Source: an uncultured virus (IMG/VR IMGVR_UViG_3300014205_009008)
Lineage: Duplodnaviria; Heunggongvirae; Uroviricota; Caudoviricetes
Strand: one strand, 5' to 3'
Virus record (IMG/VR): IMGVR_UViG_3300014205_009008
DNA: 64,000 nucleotides
Each line of letters starts with the position of its first letter. The stretch's first letter is position 1. Positions 1 to 10,242 of the stretch are shown one piece after another. The notes beneath the pieces were generated by a model, which saw only the letters and a list, made by a program, of their open reading frames with translations, was not told the DNA's origin and did not search any database. The position numbers and the translations under genes were made by a program.

Positions 1-119
1 ATTTGCTCGCAACTGCTCTACGGTAGTAATGTTGGGGTTTGCGTAGTAGAGTTTTCCAGCCGCAATCAAAAGTTTGCTTCCCACCTCGGATGCTGCGAGC
101 TCGTCAAAAAGTTCCTGCT

Positions 120-371
120 GCAGCAGCGGATGTTATACCAAGCAAGATGTGTCAATCACGCGACGAGATTGAAGAAGAGAAAAGGCTTATGTATGTCGCA
201 GTTACAAGAGCAAGAGTTGACCTGGTGGTTTCTTATAACTACGAGCAAAATGGTGCTTCCCCATTTCTAGACGCATACCAAACTACCCACAAAACAAATT
301 TAAATGCTCCAAAAGTTCCTCACAGCTTTCCAATCCCACCTGCTCGTCGTAGGATCCAGAGGGCGTGGTGA
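120..371 (+). pseudogene. C-terminal fragment of a UvrD/Rep (SF1) helicase
   Basis: Motif VI-like EEEKRLMYVAVTRAR. The upstream HxxKGLE motif is absent and the frame is closed by stops at 24-29. Confidence 0.65.
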
Positions 372-630
372 CCACCGCGAGGATAGTGACGTCGATCTCC
401 ACATAGTGGATATGATGGAAACTGACGACACCTACGACAAGATTACAAAATGGCTGGAGGACAATAATATCAATTACGGCTCAGACAAGTGGGGGGCTGG
501 GTCAATAGTCATACCAGAACAACCAGGTTTTCAAGTTTCATGTGAGCTGGGATTCTGGACCGGAATAGGAGATAGAGAATTACTACCAATAACCGTGTTC
601 GATGTACAGATGCTCACACCGACCGTCTAA
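304..630 (+). CDS. Minimal nucleotidyltransferase (Pol-beta superfamily)
   Basis: VVGSRGRG...REDSDVDL matches the GS...DxD signature. Confidence 0.6.
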   Translation: MLQKFLTAFQSHLLVVGSRGRGDHREDSDVDLHIVDMMETDDTYDKITKWLEDNNINYGSDKWGAGSIVIPEQPGFQVSCELGFWTGIGDRELLPITVFDVQMLTPTV

Positions 631-649
631 AACATAATTTGCACCTTAA

Positions 650-1681
650 ATGACATCACTATTTCTCATAACCCTCTGCATAATTCAATCAGGCATATTC
701 TCGGGGCTTAATCTAGCCCTTATGGGTATCCCAAGATTACAGCTGGAGGTTGAAGCACAAGCAGGATCCACAATCGCCAAAAAAATCCTAAAGCACCGGC
801 AGGACACCCACAGATTATTAGCAACCATCCTATGGGGTAATGTGGGCGTTAATACACTGCTAGCCATACTCACACACGATGCATTGCAGGGTCTTATTGG
901 ATTCCTAGTGTCCGTAGTACTTATTACTATCGTTGGAGAAATACTACCTCAAGCCTACCTTAATAAAAATCTACGTAGAGTGTATAACTATCTCGACCCT
1001 CTCGTTTACGTCTATTCCTTTTTACTCTACCCACTAGCTTGGCCGACTGGCAAATTACTAGACAAAGTAGTCGGGCCAGACGGTTTGACATACTTTCGCG
1101 AAAACGAAATACGCCAAATGTTGAGTTACCACGCCAATGATAATGAAAACGAAATTAGTCAGGTAGAGGCCCGTGGTGCAATGAACTTTTTAAAACTAGA
1201 CGATACCCCTGTAAAACACGAGGGCAAGCTCCTAGATCCCGATAGTATTATTCAAGTGGAACTTTCTGAAAATGGCCAGATCGTATTACCACCAAAAATC
1301 CCATTAACAGCCGACCTTACACAAAAAATCATACAAGTTGGACAACCATGGGTCATTCTAACATGCCCAAAAGGATCACCACTATTAGCCTTGGATGCAG
1401 ACGAATACATACGTGAAAGCGTCAAAGAACAAAGTGCCAGACTACTATATCACTGTCACAGACCAATTATAATAGACGACCCCAATACAACCCTTGGAGA
1501 TATCCTACCGCGATTTGCAATAGACAAGATACATGGTATTGATGATGTAGTCGACGACGACGTTATAATCTATTGGACTAAAGAGGAGAAGCGCATAGTC
1601 ACAGGGGCGGATATCTTCGGAACACTCCTTAAAGGCATCTGCAGTAAAAATGGACAGCCTGCGATCCCGATCACCAATTAG
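650..1681 (+). CDS. CNNM/DUF21 transmembrane protein (CorC/HlyC-like metal transporter)
   Basis: SGIFSGLNLALMG, LLATILWGNVGVN and GEILPQA motifs; hydrophobic N-terminal half. Confidence 0.85.
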   Translation: MTSLFLITLCIIQSGIFSGLNLALMGIPRLQLEVEAQAGSTIAKKILKHRQDTHRLLATILWGNVGVNTLLAILTHDALQGLIGFLVSVVLITIVGEILPQAYLNKNLRRVYNYLDPLVYVYSFLLYPLAWPTGKLLDKVVGPDGLTYFRENEIRQMLSYHANDNENEISQVEARGAMNFLKLDDTPVKHEGKLLDPDSIIQVELSENGQIVLPPKIPLTADLTQKIIQVGQPWVILTCPKGSPLLALDADEYIRESVKEQSARLLYHCHRPIIIDDPNTTLGDILPRFAIDKIHGIDDVVDDDVIIYWTKEEKRIVTGADIFGTLLKGICSKNGQPAIPITN

Positions 1682-1682
1682 T

Positions 1683-2015
1683 ATGAAAGTAAAAATTACA
1701 TTCGAGTTGGATCTGAAGGGAACACATTACAACATACCCAACAAGAGTGTTCTTAACCTATACCTCCAGAACCTAGGAAGTTGGATCCACGCACTGCATC
1801 TCAAGTACCTGGATAACAGAATAGAAGCTCAATTATACAAAGGAGATCCAGCCACCAAAAAAGCCCATATAATGCACGCGGAACAGGATGCAAAACTTTC
1901 TGCACAAATATTCAATAACTACACCGTGGAGGGCACCACCGAAAACGGGCAGCATTTCAAGTTTACACATCAGGAACCAGGTTACAAAGAGGAATTGAAG
2001 GTCACAAAGCCCTAA
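1683..2015 (+). CDS. Hypothetical protein
   Basis: ORF; ATG at 1683 directly follows the upstream stop. Confidence 0.5.
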   Translation: MKVKITFELDLKGTHYNIPNKSVLNLYLQNLGSWIHALHLKYLDNRIEAQLYKGDPATKKAHIMHAEQDAKLSAQIFNNYTVEGTTENGQHFKFTHQEPGYKEELKVTKP

Positions 2016-2582
2016 AATAAATCCATCTCCGTTTCAGCTGTAGGAGTTTCCAACACTAATTTAGCGCGCAATAGGCTCCTGTTATTGTCCCACCAGCCGT
2101 CGCCTATAATCTCTCTAGCCTTTGCGGTGTCCTTTAAATCAATGCCTAATAATTGATCCAAATTACCAAAGTTAGCCGCCAGCTCAAGCGGGGAGAGAGC
2201 ATGATTTCCATCAACACCAAAGCAATCCTCTAATAATAGCCACAGGAATCTGATCCAAGTTACCATGTTGGGCAGCATAGTGTAACGGCGTAAACTTTCT
2301 ATTGTCAGGTAATAACAATGTGCGTTCGTTTAAGACACTATTGGGTATTTGGGCTAAGGTACCATATGTTGCCGCCTCGTGGAGGGCAGTACGACCTACC
2401 ATATTTCCAACAATCAAATTTGCCTCAGTTAGCACTTCTTTTCGAATATTTCTGAAGCCGTTCTTAGCCGCGCTATGCAGCGGAGTATTACCAAAAGCAT
2501 CTGGCGTGGAATACATTCCTGTTACAAGCTCATCTACCTGCGCAAAGGACAGCCTCTTTAGTTCTTCTAACTCCGTCAGCAT
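2012..2582 (-). pseudogene. Ankyrin-repeat protein with WW/DLF tail, frameshifted near 2240
   Basis: ORF 2211-2582 has GNTPLHSAA-type repeats. The overlapping frame 2012-2278 continues with LDQLLGIDL...GDGWW...EMDLF. Confidence 0.8.
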
Positions 2583-2588
2583 CCCTAA

Positions 2589-2616
2589 AGGATAACAGAA
2601 GAATCACAGGAGTCAA
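2589..2616 (-). promoter_or_regulatory. sigma70-type promoter, leaderless spacing
   Basis: TTGACT-N16-TATCCT with extended -10 TG; 6 nt to the ATG at 2582. Confidence 0.55.
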
Positions 2617-3866
2617 AATAAATCAATCTCATGAGTCTCTTCTGTATCAAGCAACTCCCTACTGCGCTGAATGGACTTATACTTCGACCACCATTCTGGA
2701 GACACATACTGCTCACATTCATCACTCAAATCAATGGCAAGAAGACAATCTAGGTCCTCTTCAGCAACTGCCTCAAGTACCGTACCACTGCCTCCAATCT
2801 CTAAAATGTCATTAAGCTCAGTCTCAGATGGAGTTTGTGAGGAAATGAGCAAATTCTCGCAGGTCAAGAACTCCTCAGGTACCTGACTTAAGCAACCACT
2901 TAGTGCAGCCGTATGCAGGACAGTGTTTCCCAACGCATTGCGCTCAAACATAGCCTCACGAGTAATCAAGACCTTTGGAACATTATCCAGCATTTCACCC
3001 GAAGCAGCGCAGTGTAGCAGATTGCTTTTGAATGCTGGTGCAGGAGTTATAGGTACAGTATTGAGAATAGTGGAAGTAAACTCACGAAACCGATCATCAC
3101 GGTAGACATACATCAACTCCTTGACTACCTCAAAGGGCAGTTCAGACAAACACCCAGTTGTCGCAGCCACTTGGGCCACAGTCCTATTATGAATGTCGTA
3201 CGCTGCTAAATTTGCCTTAGTGAAAAACTTCTTTGGAACATTATTGAAAGTCCCAAATTCAGCAGCAATATGCAATGGGGAACAATCAAAACGCGCAACA
3301 TCGGTCATTGTCTTGTCCGTAAGGTGACACTCTGGTAGTTGATCCAAACATCCTCCCTCTGCAGCCACCTGTAGTAAATTCTTCGAGTCCTGCGTCGCAA
3401 AAACCATATCATCTGTTAGCAGCTCAACAGGGACCTGATATAATTTCCTGTTTAGTGCCGCACGATGTATAGCAGTCAAATCTAAATGTTTTACCAATGC
3501 ATCCTTCGGCACCTTATCTAGATGCCCATGGAGAGCAGCATAGTCCAATACAGATACTCCAGTACCGTCGCGGGCTGTGAGAGCCTTCTCTGTTAAGAAC
3601 TCCTTCGGACACTCGTCAATAAATCCGCGCATGGCGGCTATATGTAGAACAGTAAGCTTACGGTCGCGCAGGCTACGGGACATGTAGTTATGTTGAGGGA
3701 AAGCAGGATCCCAAATATATGGAATTTCCTTTATACGCTCCAACGGTAATAACTCCAAGATGCTCTTACTCTTCTCCAAAGGCGCAAAAAGATAAAAAGA
3801 TAACGCCACCTTATCTGGTGTCCCACCAGATAAGAAATGTTTTAGTTTATCCTCAAGTTGACCCAT
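2613..3866 (-). CDS. Ankyrin-repeat protein with WW/DLF tail
   Basis: Repeats such as TVLHIAAMRG and GNTVLHTAALSG; ends PEWW...HEIDLF. Confidence 0.85.
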   Translation of the reverse strand: MGQLEDKLKHFLSGGTPDKVALSFYLFAPLEKSKSILELLPLERIKEIPYIWDPAFPQHNYMSRSLRDRKLTVLHIAAMRGFIDECPKEFLTEKALTARDGTGVSVLDYAALHGHLDKVPKDALVKHLDLTAIHRAALNRKLYQVPVELLTDDMVFATQDSKNLLQVAAEGGCLDQLPECHLTDKTMTDVARFDCSPLHIAAEFGTFNNVPKKFFTKANLAAYDIHNRTVAQVAATTGCLSELPFEVVKELMYVYRDDRFREFTSTILNTVPITPAPAFKSNLLHCAASGEMLDNVPKVLITREAMFERNALGNTVLHTAALSGCLSQVPEEFLTCENLLISSQTPSETELNDILEIGGSGTVLEAVAEEDLDCLLAIDLSDECEQYVSPEWWSKYKSIQRSRELLDTEETHEIDLF

Positions 3867-3871
3867 TTAAT

Positions 3872-3901
3872 AGTATAGAAAATAGAATGCGCCACTGTCA
3901 A
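3872..3901 (-). promoter_or_regulatory. sigma70-type promoter, leaderless spacing
   Basis: TTGACA-N18-TATACT; 5 nt to the ATG at 3866. Confidence 0.7.
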
Positions 3902-3918
3902 TCAAAACAAAAGAATAC

Positions 3919-4467
3919 ATGGACTTTGACGAGCTAATACCAGTACCAGCAAAACGGATAACCGGAAAGTCCAACCTATGGAATAGTGCACATGCAGGCC
4001 TTCGCAAGCTCTGGAACAAAGTAACCACACCAAGCACAAGAACCAACGAAAACATAGGACGAGCGCTAGCCTATATCACGGCAGCTCCATTAATTCTAGC
4101 AATCGTTTGGTTTGCCATTTCAATAATAGCATTTATTCCAGAAGGTAGCGCACTGACCGCAATAGCCCACACAAACTCTAAAATTGAAGCCAAGAGCAAA
4201 GAATTAGTTATTGCCTCAGCTGGAGACTCCTTCACTGTAAGCACCAAAGATACCACACTCAAAGTAACCAGTCAGAATATCAGTGAATTTGCAGTGCTAT
4301 TAGGGGATTCAGGCATATTGGATCCAGTAGAAGCCCTAGAGCTCAAGAAACAATCACCAAAAATCATTGTGTGGAATGGAAAACTAACAACCGAAAGAGC
4401 AAAACGTTTAGAACTCGCAAAGATCGCAGAGTTACAAATGGCAGATAAGAAATTGCATGAAAAATAG
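3919..4467 (+). CDS. Hypothetical membrane protein
   Basis: 182-aa ORF with one hydrophobic segment. Confidence 0.5.
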   Translation: MDFDELIPVPAKRITGKSNLWNSAHAGLRKLWNKVTTPSTRTNENIGRALAYITAAPLILAIVWFAISIIAFIPEGSALTAIAHTNSKIEAKSKELVIASAGDSFTVSTKDTTLKVTSQNISEFAVLLGDSGILDPVEALELKKQSPKIIVWNGKLTTERAKRLELAKIAELQMADKKLHEK

Positions 4468-4516
4468 TATCATCATTAAAGCCACACTGATACTTAGGTA
4501 ACGTAAACATAAATTT

Positions 4517-5110
4517 ATGCGAACAATATCCATCAAGGACCTATTTTTTGAAAGGTACAAGTACGAGTGCAAGCACGACTGGCCAGAAAACTGCTTTATA
4601 CAAGGGGGAGACAAGGGAATTGTCTTTAATTCCTCAGCAGCAGAAGCATTCGAAAAGCCAGTTGAAACCGTCCTAACAACGATAGGTGTTACCAATGATA
4701 TCCTCCCGCAAAAAACCAAGGAATACTACACAACTTGCTTCTTTGAGGCCTTTCCAAGGGAGCCTGATACTTTTCTCAGGGGAGAAGGAGCTACAATGGA
4801 GGAAGCGGAAACCAAGTGCTGGGAGGACTATCAGAAAGTAGTCAACTGTAAAAGCCACGAACCAGAGCGCCGCAACCGAAGAGACGGATATGGGTTCTGC
4901 AAGCACTGTGGAATGGGCGGCATGTTCTTTGAACCGCTAGAAACGTGTAAAATATGCGGGGTACCAACATACGCCTTTTCAGACACTGATAATAATTGGT
5001 ACTGTAAAGCACACGAGAGTGCCATTCCTGAAGACAAACAGAGTACAATGTACAAAAGCTACCTGCGCCTAACCCAAATGGATAAGGAGTCCAAAAATGA
5101 ACCCGAGTGA
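4517..5110 (+). CDS. Hypothetical protein with Cys/His clusters (possible Zn binding)
   Basis: CKHC, CKIC and CKAH; preceded by AAACATAAATTT. Confidence 0.55.
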   Translation: MRTISIKDLFFERYKYECKHDWPENCFIQGGDKGIVFNSSAAEAFEKPVETVLTTIGVTNDILPQKTKEYYTTCFFEAFPREPDTFLRGEGATMEEAETKCWEDYQKVVNCKSHEPERRNRRDGYGFCKHCGMGGMFFEPLETCKICGVPTYAFSDTDNNWYCKAHESAIPEDKQSTMYKSYLRLTQMDKESKNEPE

Positions 5111-5558
5111 ACTTTGCCCTGGATCGGTAGCCTGCCAAAAGCCTAAAATGTCCGATAAAAATGGGCGAACATGGGACCAATGCAAAGTAATACTAACTGA
5201 CGGACGTGAAATAACCGGGTACTTGGATACAACGTGGGGACACTACTTTTACTTCGACCTTGCAAGCGGGGTCAGAAAAATGAGCAGGAAAGATTGGAGA
5301 AAGGCTAAAATCGATGTGTTCTTCTTGGATAAGGAACTAGTAGCCAAATTTGTCCCTAGGCCAACACTATCACCAAAGGAAATGCGAAAGATCATTAAGG
5401 ACAGGATATCACATCTAGCAACCAACCAAGCCGATAAGGTCTGCGAAATTCTTCACAACAAGGTAAATAGTACAACGCAAGTTAGGAAAGCCTATAGCTA
5501 CCTCGAAAGATGCCTCAAAGGCAAAACAGATACCCAGATAGCAATCCTTGATTTCTAG
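5097..5558 (+). CDS. Hypothetical protein
   Basis: ORF in the tightly packed plus-strand run. Confidence 0.5.
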   Translation: MNPSELCPGSVACQKPKMSDKNGRTWDQCKVILTDGREITGYLDTTWGHYFYFDLASGVRKMSRKDWRKAKIDVFFLDKELVAKFVPRPTLSPKEMRKIIKDRISHLATNQADKVCEILHNKVNSTTQVRKAYSYLERCLKGKTDTQIAILDF

Positions 5559-5560
5559 CC

Positions 5561-5785
5561 ATGACTAATCGACAAAAACTAAAAGGGCTCCTGTATAAAA
5601 TCACCACCGAACAATACGGTGTATTCAAGCGGATGTATTCACCAACAAACCCCAATATAGCAATTGAGGAAGTTGTGGAAATTGTTGAGCACAAAAAGTT
5701 GTCATGGGCTATAACGCAGGTAGAAAACACCATCTTACTAAACCGCAAAAGGGCGCCCGCAGAGGCAGACACAATCGACTTCTAA
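5561..5785 (+). CDS. Hypothetical protein
   Basis: ORF; its stop overlaps the next ATG. Confidence 0.5.
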   Translation: MTNRQKLKGLLYKITTEQYGVFKRMYSPTNPNIAIEEVVEIVEHKKLSWAITQVENTILLNRKRAPAEADTIDF

Positions 5786-6231
5786 TGTCTACCAAATTAA
5801 GATTGTTACTACCTGAGGACATCGATGCTGCCTCCAATATTGTCAAGGAGAATTATCCCGAGGACTCTTATGAGATGTGCGAAGAGGAGCTTAGGTCCAT
5901 GTTCTTGGATGTGCCAATATCACCAACCTACTGGGCAGCAATACTCGGGGATGAGCTGGTCGGATTCGCCGGATACAGTCAGACCTGGATGGACTATAAC
6001 ATCTATCAGATATTCTGGGTTAACGTAGCACCAAAACACCAAAATAACGGTATTGGAACATCGCTAATACACAAGCTAATAGGCGAAATATCTTCAAACA
6101 AGTCCGCCCTTATGGTTGAGCTCACCTCCACCAGCAACAACCTAGAGTTCTACCAAAAACATTTCGGCTTTGAAGTAATTCAAGCAGTAGGCGACTACTA
6201 CCTTATGGCATTGCACTTAAAACATAAATAG
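5785..6231 (+). CDS. GNAT family N-acetyltransferase
   Basis: VNVAPKHQNNGIGTSLI and FYQKHFGFE motifs; start moved to the ATG at 5785. Confidence 0.85.
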   Translation: MSTKLRLLLPEDIDAASNIVKENYPEDSYEMCEEELRSMFLDVPISPTYWAAILGDELVGFAGYSQTWMDYNIYQIFWVNVAPKHQNNGIGTSLIHKLIGEISSNKSALMVELTSTSNNLEFYQKHFGFEVIQAVGDYYLMALHLKHK

Positions 6232-6232
6232 C

Positions 6233-7069
6233 ATGGGAGGCACACTAACAGTATCTATGCGTTTTACAGAGCACCAACAACAGGTGCTGCAAAAATTTTC
6301 AGACTCAAGATTGGACGGGTTCCAAGTGCCACCTGTATTGCACTACGAGGCTTGGACAAACTGGATCAGCTGGGCAGTAAAGTCTCCAGAATTATGGGTA
6401 ACAGAATCAAAGGATCCAGAGTTAAACGAGCGCATCAAGCTCCAGCCGACGGCCTGTGAAATTTTAGAGCAGGCTGTAGCAGATACAAACAATAAAAAGA
6501 GTGGTTACGGCATCATAAATACCCCAGAGCCTTCTGAATACGGAATCCTATGCTTAGATTTTGTTAATGCCCAAATATTTAACAGTCAGGGATACTCAAG
6601 TCCAGCAACAATCTACTATACAAGTCATTCTACTGCCAGAGAAGAACAACTAAATATTCTCAGGTTACTCGCAAAGATGGGCGCCATTTCACATGCCCGC
6701 ATAGATCTCTTTTATGGTAACGAGTCTGTCTTTGCACAAACAGTCAAAGAAATTCATTCTATCTCCAAGGTTGAACCAGTAAAAATCAATAAGTACCAAT
6801 TTCAATTTACCCACTCAATCGAAATACTCTCTGATTCAGATGACCGAAAAGCTATTCTCCTTGATGGTGAAACACTAGCTAAAGTCATAACCAGCCTTAC
6901 AACTAACCCAGATAACGAACTCCTATCAAGTTTCCAGGCCTTTATCAAGCAGGGACCCAATGGGCTGTTTTCAGTCACAAAGTGTCTCGAGCCAAGCGAT
7001 GAAAAAGAAGAAGCAGAGCGCAGGCGCCTTCTAGCAGAATTCTTCAACAAAAATAACTGGAACATCTAA
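6233..7069 (+). CDS. Hypothetical protein
   Basis: 278-aa ORF. Confidence 0.55.
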   Translation: MGGTLTVSMRFTEHQQQVLQKFSDSRLDGFQVPPVLHYEAWTNWISWAVKSPELWVTESKDPELNERIKLQPTACEILEQAVADTNNKKSGYGIINTPEPSEYGILCLDFVNAQIFNSQGYSSPATIYYTSHSTAREEQLNILRLLAKMGAISHARIDLFYGNESVFAQTVKEIHSISKVEPVKINKYQFQFTHSIEILSDSDDRKAILLDGETLAKVITSLTTNPDNELLSSFQAFIKQGPNGLFSVTKCLEPSDEKEEAERRRLLAEFFNKNNWNI

Positions 7070-7070
7070 T

Positions 7071-7586
7071 ATGTTTACCGTAGACACACTCAATCAAGAA
7101 GAGCTCATTGAAGGCACGCCAGCAAAAATCCCAGTAAAATCATATACAATGGAACTTGTAGTAGGCGACTGGTCGGGGGACGGGCATGAAAAATCAGACA
7201 ACGTCACATTAATAAGTAATATCCCAGTAGCGGATGTTCAAGAGTCCTACCTCAACGCATGCAAAATCACAAACGTCGCCTTCCATCATGGGGTATACGG
7301 TAAGGGCGGACCAAAAGAAAGCTATCCAAACCAACTATTTACAGAATACGAGGACTATGCCATAAACCTGACGTGCAAAGCACTTCTTCTGGAACATGGA
7401 ATACCAGGACACTTGTTAACAATAGGAGATAGAGGGACGATAGAATGGTTTACTGAACTCTGGATCGCATTTGTTAAAATCGGCAACCCTAAAATAAACC
7501 TGACCGTCCTAGAAAAGGATGTCATTCCAAAAATTAACGGCTACTACGGAGACCTAAACTGCCAGTTCGGCTACGGACTATATTAA
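7071..7586 (+). CDS. Hypothetical phage-type protein
   Basis: ORF with GDWSGDGHEK and a terminal FGYGLY. Confidence 0.55.
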   Translation: MFTVDTLNQEELIEGTPAKIPVKSYTMELVVGDWSGDGHEKSDNVTLISNIPVADVQESYLNACKITNVAFHHGVYGKGGPKESYPNQLFTEYEDYAINLTCKALLLEHGIPGHLLTIGDRGTIEWFTELWIAFVKIGNPKINLTVLEKDVIPKINGYYGDLNCQFGYGLY

Positions 7587-7587
7587 C

Positions 7588-7998
7588 ATGAGATTCGGAA
7601 CTATACACAATTTCCAATTATTTGAAGCGAACAAGTCCAACAGGTTGGACGCAGCATTTGGATTACTACTTATCAGGCTTAATAGTCCGCTCCATACCAA
7701 GGCTGACGCACTAAAGTTGTTTGACGCCATTACCAGAGCCAATTACCGTATTGTCAAGAAACCACAAAGAACAAAGATACTATCCACACTGTTCAAAGAT
7801 TTCGAACAACTTGGAGTTAGTGCAACCATAGGCAAATTAACCAAAGCAGCAGGATTGGATAACACCAGCGAGATACAGGAGAAAAACATTTCGACTATGG
7901 CGAAGTTCTTGCTTGAATCCTATTCCAGAACCAGAAAAAGGCATATAGCACGACTCCAAGAAAAATCAGACACAGTAATGTCGGAAGGCTACGCCTAA
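7588..7998 (+). CDS. Hypothetical protein
   Basis: ORF in an operon-like run. Confidence 0.5.
   Translation: MRFGTIHNFQLFEANKSNRLDAAFGLLLIRLNSPLHTKADALKLFDAITRANYRIVKKPQRTKILSTLFKDFEQLGVSATIGKLTKAAGLDNTSEIQEKNISTMAKFLLESYSRTRKRHIARLQEKSDTVMSEGYA
7986..7996 (+). promoter_or_regulatory. GC-TAC-GC mini-hairpin motif (first of 13 copies)
   Basis: AGGC-TAC-GCCT; the tRNA 5' end lies 25 nt after the loop. Confidence 0.6.
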
Positions 7999-8016
7999 AA
8001 AATAAAACACCAAAAT

Positions 8017-8091
8017 GTCACCATAGTTCAACGGATAGAACGGGAGTTTCCTAAACTTTAAATCCGAGTTCGATTCTCGGTGGTGATACCA
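8017..8091 (+). tRNA. tRNA-Arg(CCT)
   Basis: Cloverleaf with acceptor GTCACCA/TGGTGAT, anticodon loop TT-CCT-AA, T loop TTCGATT and encoded CCA. Confidence 0.9.
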
Positions 8092-8104
8092 AAACATAAT
8101 TTTT

Positions 8105-8422
8105 ATGCTAACAGTTACTGCTGCAAACTACTGGAATGAAATTGAGGCGACCAACCTGAGTACATCTGTCAAAGGGATACTAAAAAGTTTGGTCAACTCC
8201 TACCTTCACGACACAATCCCTGCACAGCTCTCGCAGCACGAAAAGGTTGAGCTTGCCAAAGCAGAAATTACCGAAGTAGAAATTCAGGATACCGAAAACC
8301 GTTCCACCGCAGGCATACTTACCATCATGCACTTTGTTCCCAACGACAAGGAACTGCACAGGGAGTTTCTTTATCTCGCCAAGCACTACCCAAACGGCTG
8401 TAGCAAGGCGTTTAACAAGTAA
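8105..8422 (+). CDS. Hypothetical protein
   Basis: ORF preceded by AAACATAATTTTT. Confidence 0.5.
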   Translation: MLTVTAANYWNEIEATNLSTSVKGILKSLVNSYLHDTIPAQLSQHEKVELAKAEITEVEIQDTENRSTAGILTIMHFVPNDKELHREFLYLAKHYPNGCSKAFNK

Positions 8423-8935
8423 GCTCATGCATTCACAGTCAGCCGCGCGCAAAACAGTAACCCCTTCCAAATCACATTCTACTCATTGTATGAGGTTATG
8501 GGCGCGGGATTACATCTAAGCATGGATACTACACCAAGGATGGCGGCCCAAAATGCACACTTCTTTGCCATGCAAATGGATTGGGCAAAGCTCACCAATG
8601 CAGAACTTGAGTTATACCTCCAGCGTGGAGACGTGCTGGCCATATACGAAAAACACCGTAGAGAGCACCTAACCTAAGTACAAGTATGTTCGAGCTAAAA
8701 TTCGTTAGTTGCTTCATCGTAATCACAGTTGTAACGTACACGATAGGTACCATCGTGCTGTCATTATGGGTTGCCGACAAAGTCACAAGCATCCGCCGTA
8801 CCCAAGGATTTAGATTGGATGGGTTTGTGGATGTTGTTTGTTTTATCTGTACCATTATGAATTTCCATGTAGTGCTACCAATTGGTATACTATTTTCCCT
8901 CCTGAGCTCGAAACCCAGCAAACCTAGGTTACCAA

Positions 8936-10168
8936 ATGACTCTATTTAACGAGCTACAGGCAAGGGGACTCATTCATAATTGCTCCGATGCTGAAAGCCT
9001 GGAGACAAGGTTAACAAGGTCTATTACGCTATACTCTGGGATTGATCCGACTGGTCCCGACTTGCATGTAGGGCACCTATTACCGCTGCTGATGCTCCAA
9101 AGGTTTCAACAGGCCGGGCACAAAGTCATCGTCGTCATAGGTGGTGCCACCGCTCGCATTGGTGACCCATCAGGCAAGAAGGGGGAGAGAGAGCTACTGC
9201 CAATTGAGACAATCAAGTCAAACATCTCCTCCTTGAGCGTTCAAATCAACAAACTCTTTGACTCCAACATCACAATTCTGGACAACGCTGAGTGGTTCGA
9301 AGGCATGAGTTGCCTTACATTCCTAAGAGACATAGGAAAACACTTCCCACTTGGAGGCATGTTATCAAAAGATAGCGTGGCTAGTCGAATTGCAACGGGA
9401 ATCAGCTTTACAGAGTTCTCATACCAGTTACTTCAGGGTCACGATTTCGCACATCTGAATTCAACGCTGGCGTGCGAGCTGCAAATCGGCGGAAGTGACC
9501 AATGGGGAAATATTGTTGCCGGTCTGGAACTTATCAGGCGTACGAATTCCAAAGAATGCTTTGGGCTTACCTTTCCACTGCTGACCAAGTCCGACGGCAG
9601 CAAGATGGGTAAAAGCGAAGATGGAGCGGTCTGGCTTAATGCATCAAAAACCAGCCCGTTTAAATTCTTTCAGTTCTGGCGCCAGGTAACAGACTTGGAA
9701 GTAGGGGAACTTCTGCTCAAACTCACCAGCATCCCGCCAGCTGAGATATCCAGCATTATGGAGCAGCACCGGCAAGCCCCACAGCTAGGAAAGGCCCAAG
9801 AAGTGTTGGCCGCAGCACTTACAGCCCAAGTACATGGTGATGCTGCCACAGAAAACGTCAAGATAGCAAACGCAATACTATTCAATGGCAGCCAGGACCT
9901 CACAGAACATGCACTTGAGGTATTGGCAACCGAAATACCAACATTCTGTTGTAGTAACTCCACAATCGAAGCAGTAGCGCAATGTTTCGCATGCAGTAAA
10001 AGTCAGGCACGAAGGGATATTCAGAGTAAAGGTATCAGCATCAACGGTAAGGTAATAGGGCTAGAAATGTCAGATTTGGACAGCCATTGGATATTCGACA
10101 AATTTATCTTACTGCGCAAGGGAAAAAGGCAATTTGCATTAGGTATCAGGCAAGATAAACTGCAATAG
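8936..10168 (+). CDS. tyrS: Tyrosyl-tRNA synthetase
   Basis: YSGIDPTGPDLHVGH, QIGGSDQWGNI, KMGKS and a C-terminal S4-like LLRKGK domain. Confidence 0.97.
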   Translation: MTLFNELQARGLIHNCSDAESLETRLTRSITLYSGIDPTGPDLHVGHLLPLLMLQRFQQAGHKVIVVIGGATARIGDPSGKKGERELLPIETIKSNISSLSVQINKLFDSNITILDNAEWFEGMSCLTFLRDIGKHFPLGGMLSKDSVASRIATGISFTEFSYQLLQGHDFAHLNSTLACELQIGGSDQWGNIVAGLELIRRTNSKECFGLTFPLLTKSDGSKMGKSEDGAVWLNASKTSPFKFFQFWRQVTDLEVGELLLKLTSIPPAEISSIMEQHRQAPQLGKAQEVLAAALTAQVHGDAATENVKIANAILFNGSQDLTEHALEVLATEIPTFCCSNSTIEAVAQCFACSKSQARRDIQSKGISINGKVIGLEMSDLDSHWIFDKFILLRKGKRQFALGIRQDKLQ

Positions 10169-10242
10169 CTAGAACAAATCAGGAACGTCAAGTTCTTGAT
10201 TAGGCTCTAATTTGAGCTTCCTCCAAGAAAAACATAAAAGAG

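Noticed and set aside
10177..10219. Two small hairpins after tyrS as a terminator or T-box
   Set aside because: No U-tract and no T-box consensus; function unsupported.
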